64,000 nucleotides of DNA, taken from the NCBI RefSeq assembly GCF_035084215.1, contig NC_090352.1:18910001-18974000 (forward strand), read 5' to 3'. Under the pieces are notes generated by a model. That model worked only from the letters and a program-made list of their open reading frames with translations. It ran no database searches and was not told where the DNA came from. This DNA comes from Heptranchias perlo (Eukaryota). Each line of letters opens with the position of its first letter. The stretch's first letter is position 1. A program made the position numbers and the translations under genes. Shown piece after piece: positions 24,030-35,884 of the stretch.

Positions 24030-25202
24030 GCCTTTGGAGTTGTTGTCATAGATTTTTTAAAATTATTGATAGGTGTCATGCAGACATCAACCAGGGAGCT
24101 CCATTCTGTTAAGGATGACGACCTCCTTACTGAAGCATTATTAATGATCATGATATAATTGCTGCAAGTGATGATACACTTATGGTGCCTTTGGCATCAA
24201 ATGTCTCGAAGCATATTCTGTAGTCAATTCGGACAAAATAACAGTAAGTGTGCATTATAAGGCAATAGAAATTTTTATTGAAACAAAGATCCAAGAGGTG
24301 AAAGAATAGTATGTTAACCCAGTCCGGCACCCAGTTGATAGAAATGTCACGTCAAAGACTCCTTCTTACTGTGCTATTAATTGAGATTCTGCGTCCCCAG
24401 TTTATTGTCTGGTCTTCAGTGTTTATGCTGTTAAATCGGCTTTCCATAGACTGGTGGCCGAGTGTGATTTTAACAACAGAGCAACATCAGCTCACGTACA
24501 CCAGGCTCCTGAATTAAAAGAACAGTATAAAATAAGCTAAAGAGAGTGTGCCCAAGAACAATATTGACTAATGATTTTAGTGTCAGAATGTACAAGTTAC
24601 TTTTATGGAACGGGGGCCATTTCTATTACTATGTGTTTCAATTGTCCTCTTGTTCCCTATTGCAGCAAATAACCGAGACATACCTGCAGTACATCCATAA
24701 CAAAACCTTTCCATCTTGGCTAGATTTTTAGATATGGTGCAAACATGTTTCTACAGATCTTGTAGTCTTAAACCTCTGTTCTATAAAGCACCAGTGAAGA
24801 ATGGAAAGGAATAATTAAAGAAGTGGTTTTCAAAAGCCCACTACAGAACAATCAAATACTTCTCTGTTGTAGGTGGCTGTTGCATGACACCAGAAGGCAA
24901 CGGTTTCTGTAAAATCAATAAGGTTCTTATCTGAGCTCCCATACTTTACTGTTTTTTAATCATTTTTACTTGTGTCCCAGGGAGCAATCTGATACATATC
25001 ATGTTCTTTATTTCATGGCATCCTTCCAACTGTTAGATTAAACTCTGTTACATTTCAATTTACAGCCTAGCTGGGGCTCTCAGAAACACACACAAGAGCA
25101 CTCAATATTTATTTTGGTCACTGAATATTTCATCGGTAAGCTTAGACAGTATGAAGTTCCCTTTTAGTAATACTGTTTCCAGGGACTGGAATTCTGAGCT
25201 AT

Positions 25203-25962
25203 TAGGAGAGGCAATATAAACTAAATGGTACAATTCTAAAGTGGGTGCAAGAACAGAGAGACCTGGGGGTATACGTGCACAAATCTTTGAAGGTGCCAGA
25301 GCAGGTTGAGAAAGCGGTTAAAAAAGCATATGGGATCCTGGGCTTTATAAATGGAGGCATAGAGTACAAAAACAAGGAAGTTATGTTGAACCTTTATAAA
25401 ACACTGGTTCATCTACAACTGGAGTATTGTGTCCAATTCTGGGCACCGCACTTTAGGAAGGACGTGAAGGCCTCAGAGAGGGTGCAGAAGAGATTTACTA
25501 GAATGGTTCCAGGGATGAGGGACCTCAGTTACGTGGATAGACTGGAGAAGCTGGGGTTGTTCTCCTTAGATCAGAGAAGGTTGAGAGGCGATTTGATAGA
25601 AGTGTTTAAAATCACAAAGGGTTTAGATAAAGTAAATAAAGAGAAACTGTTCCCATTGGCAGAAGGGTCAAGAACCAGATTTAAGATGATTGGCAAAAGA
25701 ACCAAAGACGACATGAGGAAAAACGTTTTTATGCAGTGAGTAGTTATGATCTGGAATGCGCTGCCTGAAAGAGTGGTGGAAGCAGATTCAATCGTGGCTT
25801 TCAAAAAGGAATTGGATAAATACTTGAAGGGAAAAAATTTGCAGGGCTGCGGGGAAAGAGCGGGGGAATGGGTCTAAATGGATTGCTCTTACAAAGAGCT
25901 TGCACGGGCTTGATGGGCCGAATGGCCTCCTTCTGTGCTGTAACCATTCTACGATTCTATGA
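25203..25962 (+). mobile_element. CR1 LINE 3' fragment with intact tail
   Basis: ORF 25245..25739 has CR1 motifs. It ends ctgtaaccattctacgattctatg. Same family as 4994-7205. Confidence 0.95.
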
Positions 25963-26326
25963 AAAACACAGCCCATTCATGAACATTATCCATCCACTAC
26001 GACATTGGATAAAGAATGTAGCAAAAATTGCAATATTTGTACTTTTACAAACAGCATTAATGTATCTGGTGCCATAGTATTTCTACAGAATTGCTATATT
26101 TATTGTCAGTTTTGCTTTTTAAAAATTGTATTTATTGCTAAACGCTTTTGTATATTCAATCGAATGTCCCAATATTAGTAGTTGGTTTTAAACAAGGTAC
26201 CATGGAGATGCTGGCTCTGGCCTTGTTATATCTGTCGTTGTATTAACAATTTCCTGTTGCTCCACCATGGCTGTTATGAAGATTTGAATCCCATTAGAAT
26301 TGAGCCCTTGGTTCATGTGCCACAGG

Positions 26327-26785
26327 TGTCAGCCATGACTCAGTTGGTAGCACTCTCGCCTCTGAGTCAGGAGGTTCTGGGTTCAAGTCCCACTCCACAG
26401 GCTTGAGCACAAAGTCCAGGCCGACACTCCCAGTGCAGTACAGAGGGAGTGCTGCACTGTTAGAGGTACTGTCTTTTGGATGAGATGTTAAACTGAGGCC
26501 CCATATGCCCTCTCTGGTGAACATAAAAGATCCCATGGCCCTTTTCGAAGAAAAGCAGGGGAGGTATCCCTGGTGTCCTGGTCAATATTTATCCCTTAAC
26601 CAACATCACTAAAAACAGATTATCTGGTCATTATCACATTGCTGTATGTGGGACCTTGCTGTGCATCAATTGGCTACTGTGTTTCCTACATTACAACAGT
26701 GACTACACTTTAAAAAGTACTTCATTGGCTGTAAAGTGCTTTGGGACATCCTGAGGTCGTGATATAAATACAAGTTTTTCTTTCT
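26327..26785 (+). mobile_element. Full-length tRNA-derived SINE, SacSINE1/DeuSINE-like
   Basis: Pol III A box tgactcagttgg (about 26336) and B box ggttcaagtcc (about 26380). The central core includes ggtgtcctggtcaatatttatccc. The 3' tail is L2-like. Confidence 0.88.
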
Positions 26786-27933
26786 ATCTCCAGTCTTAAT
26801 TATTTTTTCATTTTCAGTAAATTTCTATTTGTTGCTACATTGAGTTGTCACTGAAACAGCTCATTGAGAATATGTAAAATTGTAATTTTTCTTCTAACTT
26901 TTTACCATACACTCCACCCTTGCTTGTTTGGTGTTAAATAGCTCAGGCCTGAATTTCCAAAATTGGTCTAAACATGCTGTAATCTGGGCAGGCAGGAGCA
27001 GAAATTGGGGTGGAAGTTGGTTCAGAATCATTTATTGATTTCTGACTGGACTGAATTAGTGAATGCTACTGCACTGTAAAATAAACTGCTTTGGAAATGT
27101 GTAAGTCAAGCTATTTCTCATCTGTTATTTGAAGTCAAGGTTTTTGGTTTGTTTTATTTTTCTGGAGAGGTCAAACTTCTCCCCACCCAATCCCTTCTCA
27201 GATTAACTTGTTACCCAATTTGGTTTTTCTGAGTTCTGTCACAAATTGCTTGGGTTGTTTCCTTGTATTGAGATCATGACTGACAACTTGCATCTTAACC
27301 CGAAAGCCCTGTGGAACACCAGTTCATTCGTGGTTTGGCTACTGAGACTCAGCCAATAAAATTTGTATTATCGTACTGTAGAATCGGTTAAGCAAGGTCC
27401 CCACACTTTGTTTCCTCAGTCACAATTTGTACAGGATTTGTGTTGAGTGCGTAATTTGCACACCCAAAAACAGCCAGGCATTTTATTGCGCCATTCAATT
27501 GAGAGAAATATATCATATGGCACATTTTTTTGTCATTTTTGCCCTCGCAACGCTGGGTGCAAAGGACGCTTGCATGTCAGGTATTGCTCATGCCGTAGGA
27601 GTGTATTTAAAGTTCAAAAGGTTTTGTTTCCCAATCGCAATCAGTCACACAGAGATCTAGGGGTGTGGGTACATAGATCTTTAAAGGTGGGGGTGGGGGG
27701 AAGTGCAGGTAGAAAAGGTCATAAAAAAGGCAAATGAGATTCTTTTATGGAATCAAAGAAGTTTACAGTACCGAAGGAAGCCATATAGCGCATTGTGCTG
27801 GCTCGATACGAGAGCAAGATCCAATGGTCTCTGTCTCAACCACTCCCGATATGGAGATGCCGGTGATGGACTGGGGTTGACAATTGTAAACAATTTTACA
27901 ACACCAAGTTATAGTCCAGCAATTTTATTTGAA

Positions 27934-27974
27934 ATTCACAAGCTTTCAGAGGCTTCCTCCTTCCTCAGGTGAAT
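27934..27974 (-). ncRNA. Minimal type-I hammerhead ribozyme motif, minus copy
   Basis: AUUCAC-CUGAGGA-A-GGAGG-AAG-CCUCU-GAAA-GC-UU-GUGAAU. Stem II carries one G.U wobble. Confidence 0.7.
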
Positions 27975-27999
27975 GTTGTGGAGCAATTTTATCCACAAC

Positions 28000-28040
28000 A
28001 TTCACCTGAGGAAGGAGGAAGCCTCCGAAAGCTTGTGAAT
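28000..28040 (+). ncRNA. Minimal type-I hammerhead ribozyme motif, plus copy
   Basis: Stem I AUUCAC/GUGAAU, core CUGAGGA, stem II GGAGG/CCUCC, then GAAA and a palindromic AGCU stem III. Predicted cleavage after CUU at 28034. Confidence 0.78.
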
Positions 28041-28105
28041 TTCAAATAAAATTGCTGGACTATAACTTGGTGTTGTAAAATTGTTTACAATTGTCAACCA
28101 CTCCC

Positions 28106-29215
28106 AGTAGAAAAGTGATCTATGCTCCAATAACCTCTGCATAAAGAAACTTCTCCTGACCTCTCTCCTCTTAATGACATTAATGACCCCTTGACACTGA
28201 TTCCCCAACCAGAGGAAATAGTTTTTCCGTATTCACTATAGTTTCCCATTTTATGGCATCATCCTGATGAATCTATGCTGTAACCCCTCTAGCTTTTATG
28301 TCCTCTCTACAAAGGTACACTCAGAACTGCAGAACTGTTACCTAACCAATGTTTTGTACAAATTTATCATTACTTCTTTATTCTTATACTCTATGGCCCA
28401 TTTATATGTCAAAATGATGTCAGATTTTTTTATGCCTTTATCTACCAGCATTCTCAATTTCAGGGAGTTATGTATTTGATCCCCATAGTCTTTCTGTTGA
28501 ATCACACCCTTTATTGTCTTTCCATGGAGTGCATACTCCCATTCCTTGTTTTTCCACCCTAAATATATCACCTCACACTCATCCACATTAGTATCTGTCA
28601 GCTGTCTGCCCATTGCGCTAACCTGTCTAAATCTTCCTGAAGTCTTTTATACTTTTCCTTACTGTTTGCCAAAACCTTACATTTGTATTGTCAGCAAATT
28701 TCAAGATTATGTTCCCTATACACAATTCTAAATCACTTATATGTACTGAACACCCCTTGGGCACACAACTTCCAATCCCCCTCCTATCCAACCAGCATCC
28801 ATTTACACTAATACTTTATTTCCTGTCCATCAACCAACTTTCTATCTATGCTGCTACATTTTCTCTTTTATCATATACCTGATTTTTTCTAACAAGCCTC
28901 TGTAACACACCTTAATAAATCCCTTCTAAAAATTCATATACACGACATCAACGGCGTTGTCTTTATCAATCCAATCAGTCACTTCTTCAATATTTGTCAA
29001 ACACAACTTGCCTTTAACAAATGGTGTTCTTGATTAACTCATGCAATTCAAAATGCTCACTAATTTTATCTTGAATTATAGATTCTAAAAAATTGCCCAC
29101 AACTAACTTGTCTATAGTTGCCCCAGTTTATCTTTCTCTCACTTCTTGAACAAAAGTGTTACATTAGCTACTCTCCAGTCCCATGGAACAATTTGCATAT
29201 TTATGAAGGAATATT
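28106..29215 (-). mobile_element. Old CR1 LINE (also 27770-27847, and probably resuming at about 35165-35440)
   Basis: ORF 28338..28613 (CEVIYLG, AIEYKNKEVMINLYKTLVR) and decayed RT sequence up to 29215. Confidence 0.8.
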
Positions 29216-29346
29216 TGACATGGCTGACCACACCATCCTCCTCCAATGTCTCTCCTCCGTCGTCCAGCTGGGTGGGACTGCGCTCGCTTGGTTCCATTCT
29301 TATCTATCCAATCATAGCCAGAGAATCACCTGCAATGGCTTCTCTT

Positions 29347-31819
29347 ATAAGAACATAAGAAATAGGAGCAGGAGTAGGCCATACGGCCCCTCGAACCTGC
29401 TCCACCAATTAATAAGATCATGGCTGATCTTCGACCTCAACTCCACTTTCCCGCTCGATCCCCATATCCCTTGACTCCCTTAGAGCACAAAAATCTATCG
29501 ATCTCAGTCTTGAATATACTTAACGACTGAACATCCACAGCCCTCTGGGGTAGAGAATTCCAAAGATTCACCACCCTCTGAGTGAGGAAATTTCTTCTCA
29601 TCTCAGTCCTAAATCACCCACCCCTTATCCTGAATCCTGAGACTATGCCCCCTAGTTCTAGACTCTCCAGCCAGGGGACATGGCCTCTTTGCATCTACCC
29701 CATCAAGCCCTCTAAGAATTTTATACTTTTCAATTAGATCACCTCTCCTTCTTCTAAACTCCAGAGAATATAGGCCCATTCTTTTCAATCTCTCCTCATA
29801 GGACAATCCTCTCATCCCAGGAATCAATCTAGTGAACCTTCATTGCACCCCCTCTAAGGCAAGTATATCCTTCCTTAGGTAAAGAGACCAAAACTGTACA
29901 CAGTGCTCCAGGTGTGGTCTCACCAAAGCCCTGTAAAATCGTAGCAAGACTTCCTTACTCTTGTATTCCAACCCCCTTGCAATAAAGGCCAACATAACAT
30001 TTGCCTTCCTAATTGCTTGCTGTACCTGCATGTTAACTTTCTGTCTTTCATGGCCAATAACACCCAAATCTCTCTGGACACCAACATTTAATAGTTTCTC
30101 ACCAAAGTGAATAACCTCACATTTTCCTACATTATATTCCATCTGCCACCTTCTTGCCCACTCACTTAACCTGTTTATATTCCTTTGCAGACTCTTTGGG
30201 CTCAATTTTAGCCCCAAGATCAGGGACGGGGGGGGGGGGGGGGGGAGGGGCAGACAAAATTGATGTTTTTAGGCGCAGGCAGGCATCCTGGCTCCAACCC
30301 GCCCATTTTTGCATTAGACCCAGGCAGATCTGTGTGCGTGTGCACAGCAGTCGCCAGGAAGTCCCGCCCTCACTTTAATCCAGTGGGCCAATACTTAAAG
30401 GGGCAATGTACCTCATTGAGATACGTAAGGTACTTTGGCCCCGATTTTGGAATGGAAGCTGGATGGCAGCGGGGGAAGGGGTGTGAATGGGCGCATGGGT
30501 AACGCAACTAATAAAATATGCTAGTTTCGCACGCGATCGCAAATGAATTGGTGCCACTTAACATGGCTTCCAGGTTTGCTGTCCGAAAGCTACGCAGTGG
30601 GAGGACTGCGCACCCGCATCACAGGCTGTCAGCTGGAGGAGCACTATTTAAAGAGCCATTGCTCCAAAGGCTTTTGCTGGAGCAAAGACCCATAAATCAC
30701 AATGGAGCAGCACAGGGGCAAGGCTGCTCCAAGGTTCAGCGAAGTCTCACTGCAGAAGCTACTGGACGGGGTGAGGAGGGGGAGGGATGTGTTTTACCCC
30801 GGGGATGGAAGGAAGTGCCCTGCCTCTGCCACCAAGAAGGCCTGGCTCGAGGTGGCAGACAAGGTCACCAGCAGCAGCAACATCTCCTGCACCTGGATCC
30901 AGTGCAGGAAGTGATTCAGTGACCAGCCAAAGTGAGTACACTTATCGATTCTCCTGCATTCCGTGTTCCACATCACCGCTCCCCCCCTGCCAATTCATTC
31001 TGCACTGCCAAGACTACTCCATCACTTCACTCCTCACACCCACTTAAGGCTCATCCTCAACTTACCTGCACTTCCTCTGCAATTCCTCACCTCCCCATTA
31101 GTCACCCCACCACTACCACTCACCCCAATCCTCATCCAATGTGATGGCTCTGTCTCATACTCACCCTCTGATGCATCTCTTTCATGGTTAGCCTCACCCA
31201 AACCAATGCATTCATTGGTTGGCCACTTCACCATCACTTACTCACACGTCTGTTCTTTCTCCCCTTCTAGAAGAGAGCGCAAAATGCACGAGAAAGGGCA
31301 AGGACTGGAGGGGGGCCACAACAAATAGTGGTCCTCACAGACACGGAGCAGGCAGCCCTGCAGGGGACGCCGAGACTGGCACCCCACAAAAGTCTGGTGA
31401 CACAACTTTAACATTCATAACACACAATATGAATTGATGTTAACAATGCTTACCAGGCACTGATCCTTGCGGCACCCCACTAGTTACAGACTGCCTACCT
31501 AAAAATGACCCGTTTATTCCTACTCTCTGTTTTCTGTCTGTTAACCAATCCTGTATCCATGCTAATATATTATCCCCAACCCCATGAGCCCTTATCTTGT
31601 GCAACAACCTTTTGTGTAGCACCTTATCGAATGTCTTTTGAAAATCCAAATATACTACATCCACTGGTTCTCCTTTATGTATCCTATCAGTTACAGCCTC
31701 AAAAATCTCTAATAAATTTGTCAAACATGATTTCCCTTTCATAAAACCATGTTAATTTTGCCCAATCATATGATTTTCTAAGTGCCCTGTTACTTAATAA
31801 TGGATTCCAGCATTTTCCC
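29347..31819 (-). mobile_element. Chimeric CR1 (copy 2) inserted in the L2
   Basis: Tail ataagaacataagaa at 29347. CR1 runs to 30197, the DNA-element fragment occupies 30198-30436, and CR1 RT resumes at about 31455-31819 (DFQKTFDKV, GVPQGSV). Confidence 0.9.
30437..31440 (+). mobile_element. Truncated Harbinger (second family) with a Myb/SANT exon
   Basis: Terminus ggccccgatttt at 30437. ORF 30702..30914 reads AAPRFSEVSLQKLLDGV...TKKAWLEVADKV...TWIQCRK. Confidence 0.85.
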
Positions 31820-31923
31820 AGTCCTGCGCCGTTACCTCTGGAGTCCCCCAAGGATCTATCCTTGGCCCCCTCCTATTCCTCATCTACATGCTGCCCCTCA
31901 GCGACATCATCCGAAAACACAAA

Positions 31924-33834
31924 GGGAGTTAAATTGGTTAACCCCTGAAAATGGGCTCTGGGATCGCAGTGCGTGATTAACCCGCTCCCGGTTGTTGCGA
32001 TGCAGGCAGCACGCAACATTCGTGCTGCCTGGTGATTTCAATGATTGCTGCGTGCAGCCCGCACGACCTGCGCTTTTGAGTGACTGCACGCATCAGCAGG
32101 AGTCCCCGATATCGGGAGTGGCTAGCACCACTTAAAGGCAGCCTGCACATTTTAAGGGGGAGGTGCACTGTGGCTGGAGGAAGTGGTGGAAGTGAATTGT
32201 GAAGTGAATCTGTGCTGCAATATAGTGAAACATGGTGATGATGGGAACTCTGGAATTTTTAATGAGCAACAACTTGGCTGCTCGATGTTTGAGGGACTCT
32301 GATATTTGCAAAATATAAGATATGGGTCTGAACAAAGTCTGAACGGAGATCAGAAATAGCACACGTAAAACACAGATGCAAGTCTCGTCCTTATGTTTAA
32401 AAACTATTATTTTATTTTAAAATATCAAATAAAGGTTGCTCAAAACTACATCCCACATCTTCCAATCTGCACACCAGACCTCACCAATCTGCCGATCTGA
32501 GTTTGTACCAGGCCTGCGAGACAATGTGCACCAAGGTTCTCTGATGATACACTAGAGGCCTTGGTGCAAGAGATGGACAGAAGAAGGAGCATCCTATATC
32601 CTCAGGGGGGCAAGAGGCCCTCCAGATATATGCTCGCGAGGCAGTGGGAGGCAGTAGGGGACAAAGTCAATGCCAGGAGCATAGCACCACGAACATGGAT
32701 GCAGTGCAGGAAGAAGTGCAATGATTTGACACGAGTGGTCAAGGTGCGTGACTTCAACTGTCAAGTGGCATCACCTACCAACTGCACCACGAGCCGCATC
32801 CACTGCACCATGCACTACACCCCCCATCACCCACATACCAACAAACTCTTTCAATCAGTTACTGAACTCTTCCACTCAGATGCTTCATCTCACCCTCACA
32901 CATTACCACTGTTGCAAGCCGCACACCCACAACTCACAGGTCACACGCACTGGCAGCTATTCAACCATGACAGCCACATCACCCAAACATCTTGCAGGAC
33001 ACTCACTGACACACTTCCCTCTTTCCTGCAGGAGAAGGTGGCGCATAACAGTAGGCAGCAAGTGGCAGTGGCTCCATGGAACATGAACCTGCTGTCCTCT
33101 CTCAGGAAGACAGCATTCCTGTCCCACCCCAGCCACTCCGCCAGTGCCCTTGTTGTTGTCTGTCAGCTACCCAGCCCACTCCCCGTAGAGTATTGATACT
33201 TTATTATAGGAACATAGGAACAGGAGTAGGCCATTTAGACCCTCGAGCCTGTTCCGCCATTCAACGAGATCATGTGACCTAACTCCATATATAACCTTAG
33301 CCCCATATCCGTTAATACCTTTGGTTAACAATTGAGCTAGCACCAACTGCTGTTTGTGGGAGAGAGTTCCAAACTTCCTAATTTCACTCCTGAAAGTCCT
33401 GGATCTAATTTTTAGGCTATGTCCCCTCGTCCTAGTATTCAAGTACAGGAGACCACCAAAAACAGGTACAAATGCATCAGCAGGCAGAAGCAATAATCCA
33501 GCAACTAACCTGTAACTTCCGTATGATCCCTTTAAATAGCGCTGGTAGGGAGTCCTCCATGCCGTTTAAGACCTGCTCAGCTGTGCGAGGTTAAGATAGT
33601 GCGTTGGCTGGAGCGTGGAGCTCCAAAATAACAGTGGCCCCTTTAAATCAGCGTTGAACACTGATTTACGTCATGATCGTCCTACTCTACATGCTGCAGG
33701 CGTTCGTTTGGCAAACCACTTTACCAAGATGGCGTCCTGCGCACGTCACACAAAGTTCTCGGACGCCATTTTCGGGGCTTAGCTGCCCGTGTAGCGCCTA
33801 CAGAACAGGCGCCACATGGCCCAATTTAGCCCCC
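31924..33834 (+). mobile_element. Internally deleted Harbinger of the same family as 19337-23336
   Basis: TIRs gggagttaaattgg and ccaatttagccccc (12/14). Myb exon 1 (WEAVGDKVNARSIAPRTWMQCRKKCNDL) and a GT-AG intron at 32744-33031. The transposase is deleted. The right end matches about 22900-23336. Confidence 0.88.
33205..33437 (-). mobile_element. Short CR1 3' end inside the Harbinger
   Basis: Tail ataggaacataggaacaggagtaggcc and the TRGHSLKI motif. Confidence 0.8.
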
Positions 33835-34175
33835 AATATCAGATTTCACAATAATGCTGATGACACCCAACTCTACCTCACCACCACCTCTCTCGACTCC
33901 TCCACTGTCTCTGATTTGTCACACTGCTTGTCCAACTGGATGAGGAAAAATTTCTCTCAACTAAATATTGGGAAGACTGAAGCCATTTTCTTCGGTCCCC
34001 ACCACAAACTCCGTTTCCTAGCTACTGACTCCATCCCTCTCCCTGGCCACTGTCTAAGGCTGAACCAGACCGTTCGCAACCTTGATGTCCTATTTGACCC
34101 TGAGATGAGCTTCTAACCACATATCCACTCCATCACCAAGACCGCCTCCTTCCACCTTCATAACTTCGCCCGTCT

Positions 34176-34516
34176 TTTTAAAAATTTGTTTATGGGATGT
34201 GAGTGTCGCTGGCGAGGCCGGCATTTATTGCCCATCCTAATTGCCCTTGAGAAGTTGGTGGTGAGCCGCCTTCTTGAACCGCTGCAGTCTATATGGTGAA
34301 GGTTCTCCCACAGTGCTGTTAGGTAGGGAGTTCCAGGATTTATTTCCAAGTCGGGATGGTGTGTGACTTGGAGGGGAACATGCAAGTGGTGTCGTTTCCA
34401 TGTGCCTGCTACCCTTGTCCTTCTAGGTGGTAGAGATCGTGGGTTTGGGAGGTGCTGTGAAAGAAGCCTTGGCGAGTTGCTGCAGTGCTTCCTGTAGATG
34501 GTACACACTGCAGCCA
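34176..34516 (-). mobile_element. 3' fragment of the LINE family seen at 60313-62621
   Basis: ORF 34158..34517 (AAVCTIYRKHCSNSPRLLSQHLPNPR) matches the C-terminus of ORF 61282..62559. Confidence 0.9.
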
Positions 34517-35469
34517 ATGATATATTTAATATTTAATATCTCCACCATAACTTCATCTTCCACAATTGGCCTCCACTCCTCAGTGATCTCTGCCCTTGCC
34601 TTAGCTCATCTGCTGCTGAAACCCTCTAGATTTGACTATTCGAATGGTTGTCCTCCCATCTTCCACCCTTCATAAACTTGAGCTCATCCAAAACGCTACT
34701 GCCGTATCCTAACTCGCACCAAGTCCCGTTCACCCATCACTCCTGTGCTCGCTGACATCTACATTGGCTCCCGATCAGGCAAGGCCTCGATTTTAAAATT
34801 CTCATCCTTATTTTGAAATTCCTCCATTGCCTCGCCCCTCCCTACCTCTATAACCTCCTCCAGCCCTGCAACCCTCCGAGATCTCTGCGCCCCTCCAATT
34901 CTTGCCTCTTGCGCATCCCCGATTTTAATCGCTCCACCATTGGCAGCCGTGCTTTCAGCTCGGGAATTCCCTCCCTAAACCTCTCTGCCTCTCTACCTCT
35001 CTCTCCTCCTTTAAGACGCACCTTAAAACCTACCTCTTTGACCAAGCTTTTGGTCACCTCTCCTAGTATCTCCTTAAGTGGCTTGGTGTCAAATTTTGTT
35101 TGAGAAGCATCTTGGGGCGTTCTGCTATGTTAAAAGCGCTATATAAATGCAAGTTGTTATTATCTCTAACAATTGTTTCATGCCCTCCTTTGAGGGTACA
35201 TTCTCACTTTACTATCATTTGTAAAAACTGATAATATCTCCACCATAATTTCATCCTCCACAATTGGCCTCCATTCCTCAGTGGTCCTACCCTCCCTTCA
35301 ACTGTTTATTTTTTATATGGTAATAAAGCTCTTCTTTTCATATTATCTGCTAGCCTTTTTTCATATTCCCTTTTAACCCTTGTAATTTCGATTTCCCCTT
35401 GCCACTACACTTTCATTGCACTCTCTTCATGGCACTAATATATTTTATATAATATATATAATAATTTCT

Positions 35470-35665
35470 AATGGAACTTGCTGCCATATGCAGTAGTTGA
35501 GGCGAATAGCATAGATGCATTTGAGGGAGAAAGGAATAGAAGGATATGCAGATAGGGTCAGATGAAGTAGGTTGGGAGGAGGCTCGTGTGGAGCATAAAC
35601 GCCAGAATAGAACAGTTGAGACGAATGGCCTGTTTCTGTGCTGTAAATTCTATGTAATATATGTA
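35470..35665 (+). mobile_element. CR1 3' tail fragment (family also at 38568-38730, 52460-52545 and 63775-63972)
   Basis: gggaggaggctcgtgtggagcataaac...gaatggcctgtttctgtgctgtaaattctatgtaa. Confidence 0.8.
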
Positions 35666-35771
35666 ATATCCTTCCCAGAATGAGGTGCTCAGAACTGCAT
35701 GCAAGATTTCAACTGCAGTCTAACCAATGTCTTGTACACATTTGACGTGTTATATTCAATGTCTCTATGTA

Positions 35772-35884
35772 TTTTTTTTATTCGTTCATGGGATGTGGGC
35801 GTCGCTGACGAGGCCAGCATTTATTGCCCATCCCTAATTGCCCTCGAGAAGGTGGTGGTGAGCCGCCTTCTTGAACCGCTGCAG
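35772..35884 (-). mobile_element. Extreme 3' end of the 60313-type LINE, inside an old CR1 (about 35670-36050)
   Basis: tttttttattcgttcatgggatgtgggcgtcgct is the reverse complement of 62585-62621. Confidence 0.85.

Larger units (their letters stand above)
27848..28099. mobile_element. Penelope-like element remnant forming an inverted repeat with 108-bp arms
   Basis: Arms 27875-27982 and 27992-28099 differ by one base that I could find, with a 9-nt spacer. The PLE-type end tggagatgccggtgatggactgggg is present. A direct repeat tcaaccactccc flanks it at 27836-27847 and 28094-28105. Confidence 0.88.
29218..35160 (+). mobile_element. L2-clade LINE split into four pieces (29218-29346, 31815-31923, 33835-34175, 34587-35160)
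   Basis: The pieces read on from one another: [74 protein letters not shown], then the C-terminus and the tail gcgctatataaatgcaagttgtt. Confidence 0.9.

Noticed and set aside
26327-26400. tRNA gene
   Set aside because: A and B boxes are present, but the sequence continues into a SINE body and tail and there is no Pol III terminator after a cloverleaf.
170-31819. A ~29-kb tandem segmental duplication
   Set aside because: Similarity is confined to the chimeric CR1. The flanking and intervening sequences do not match.
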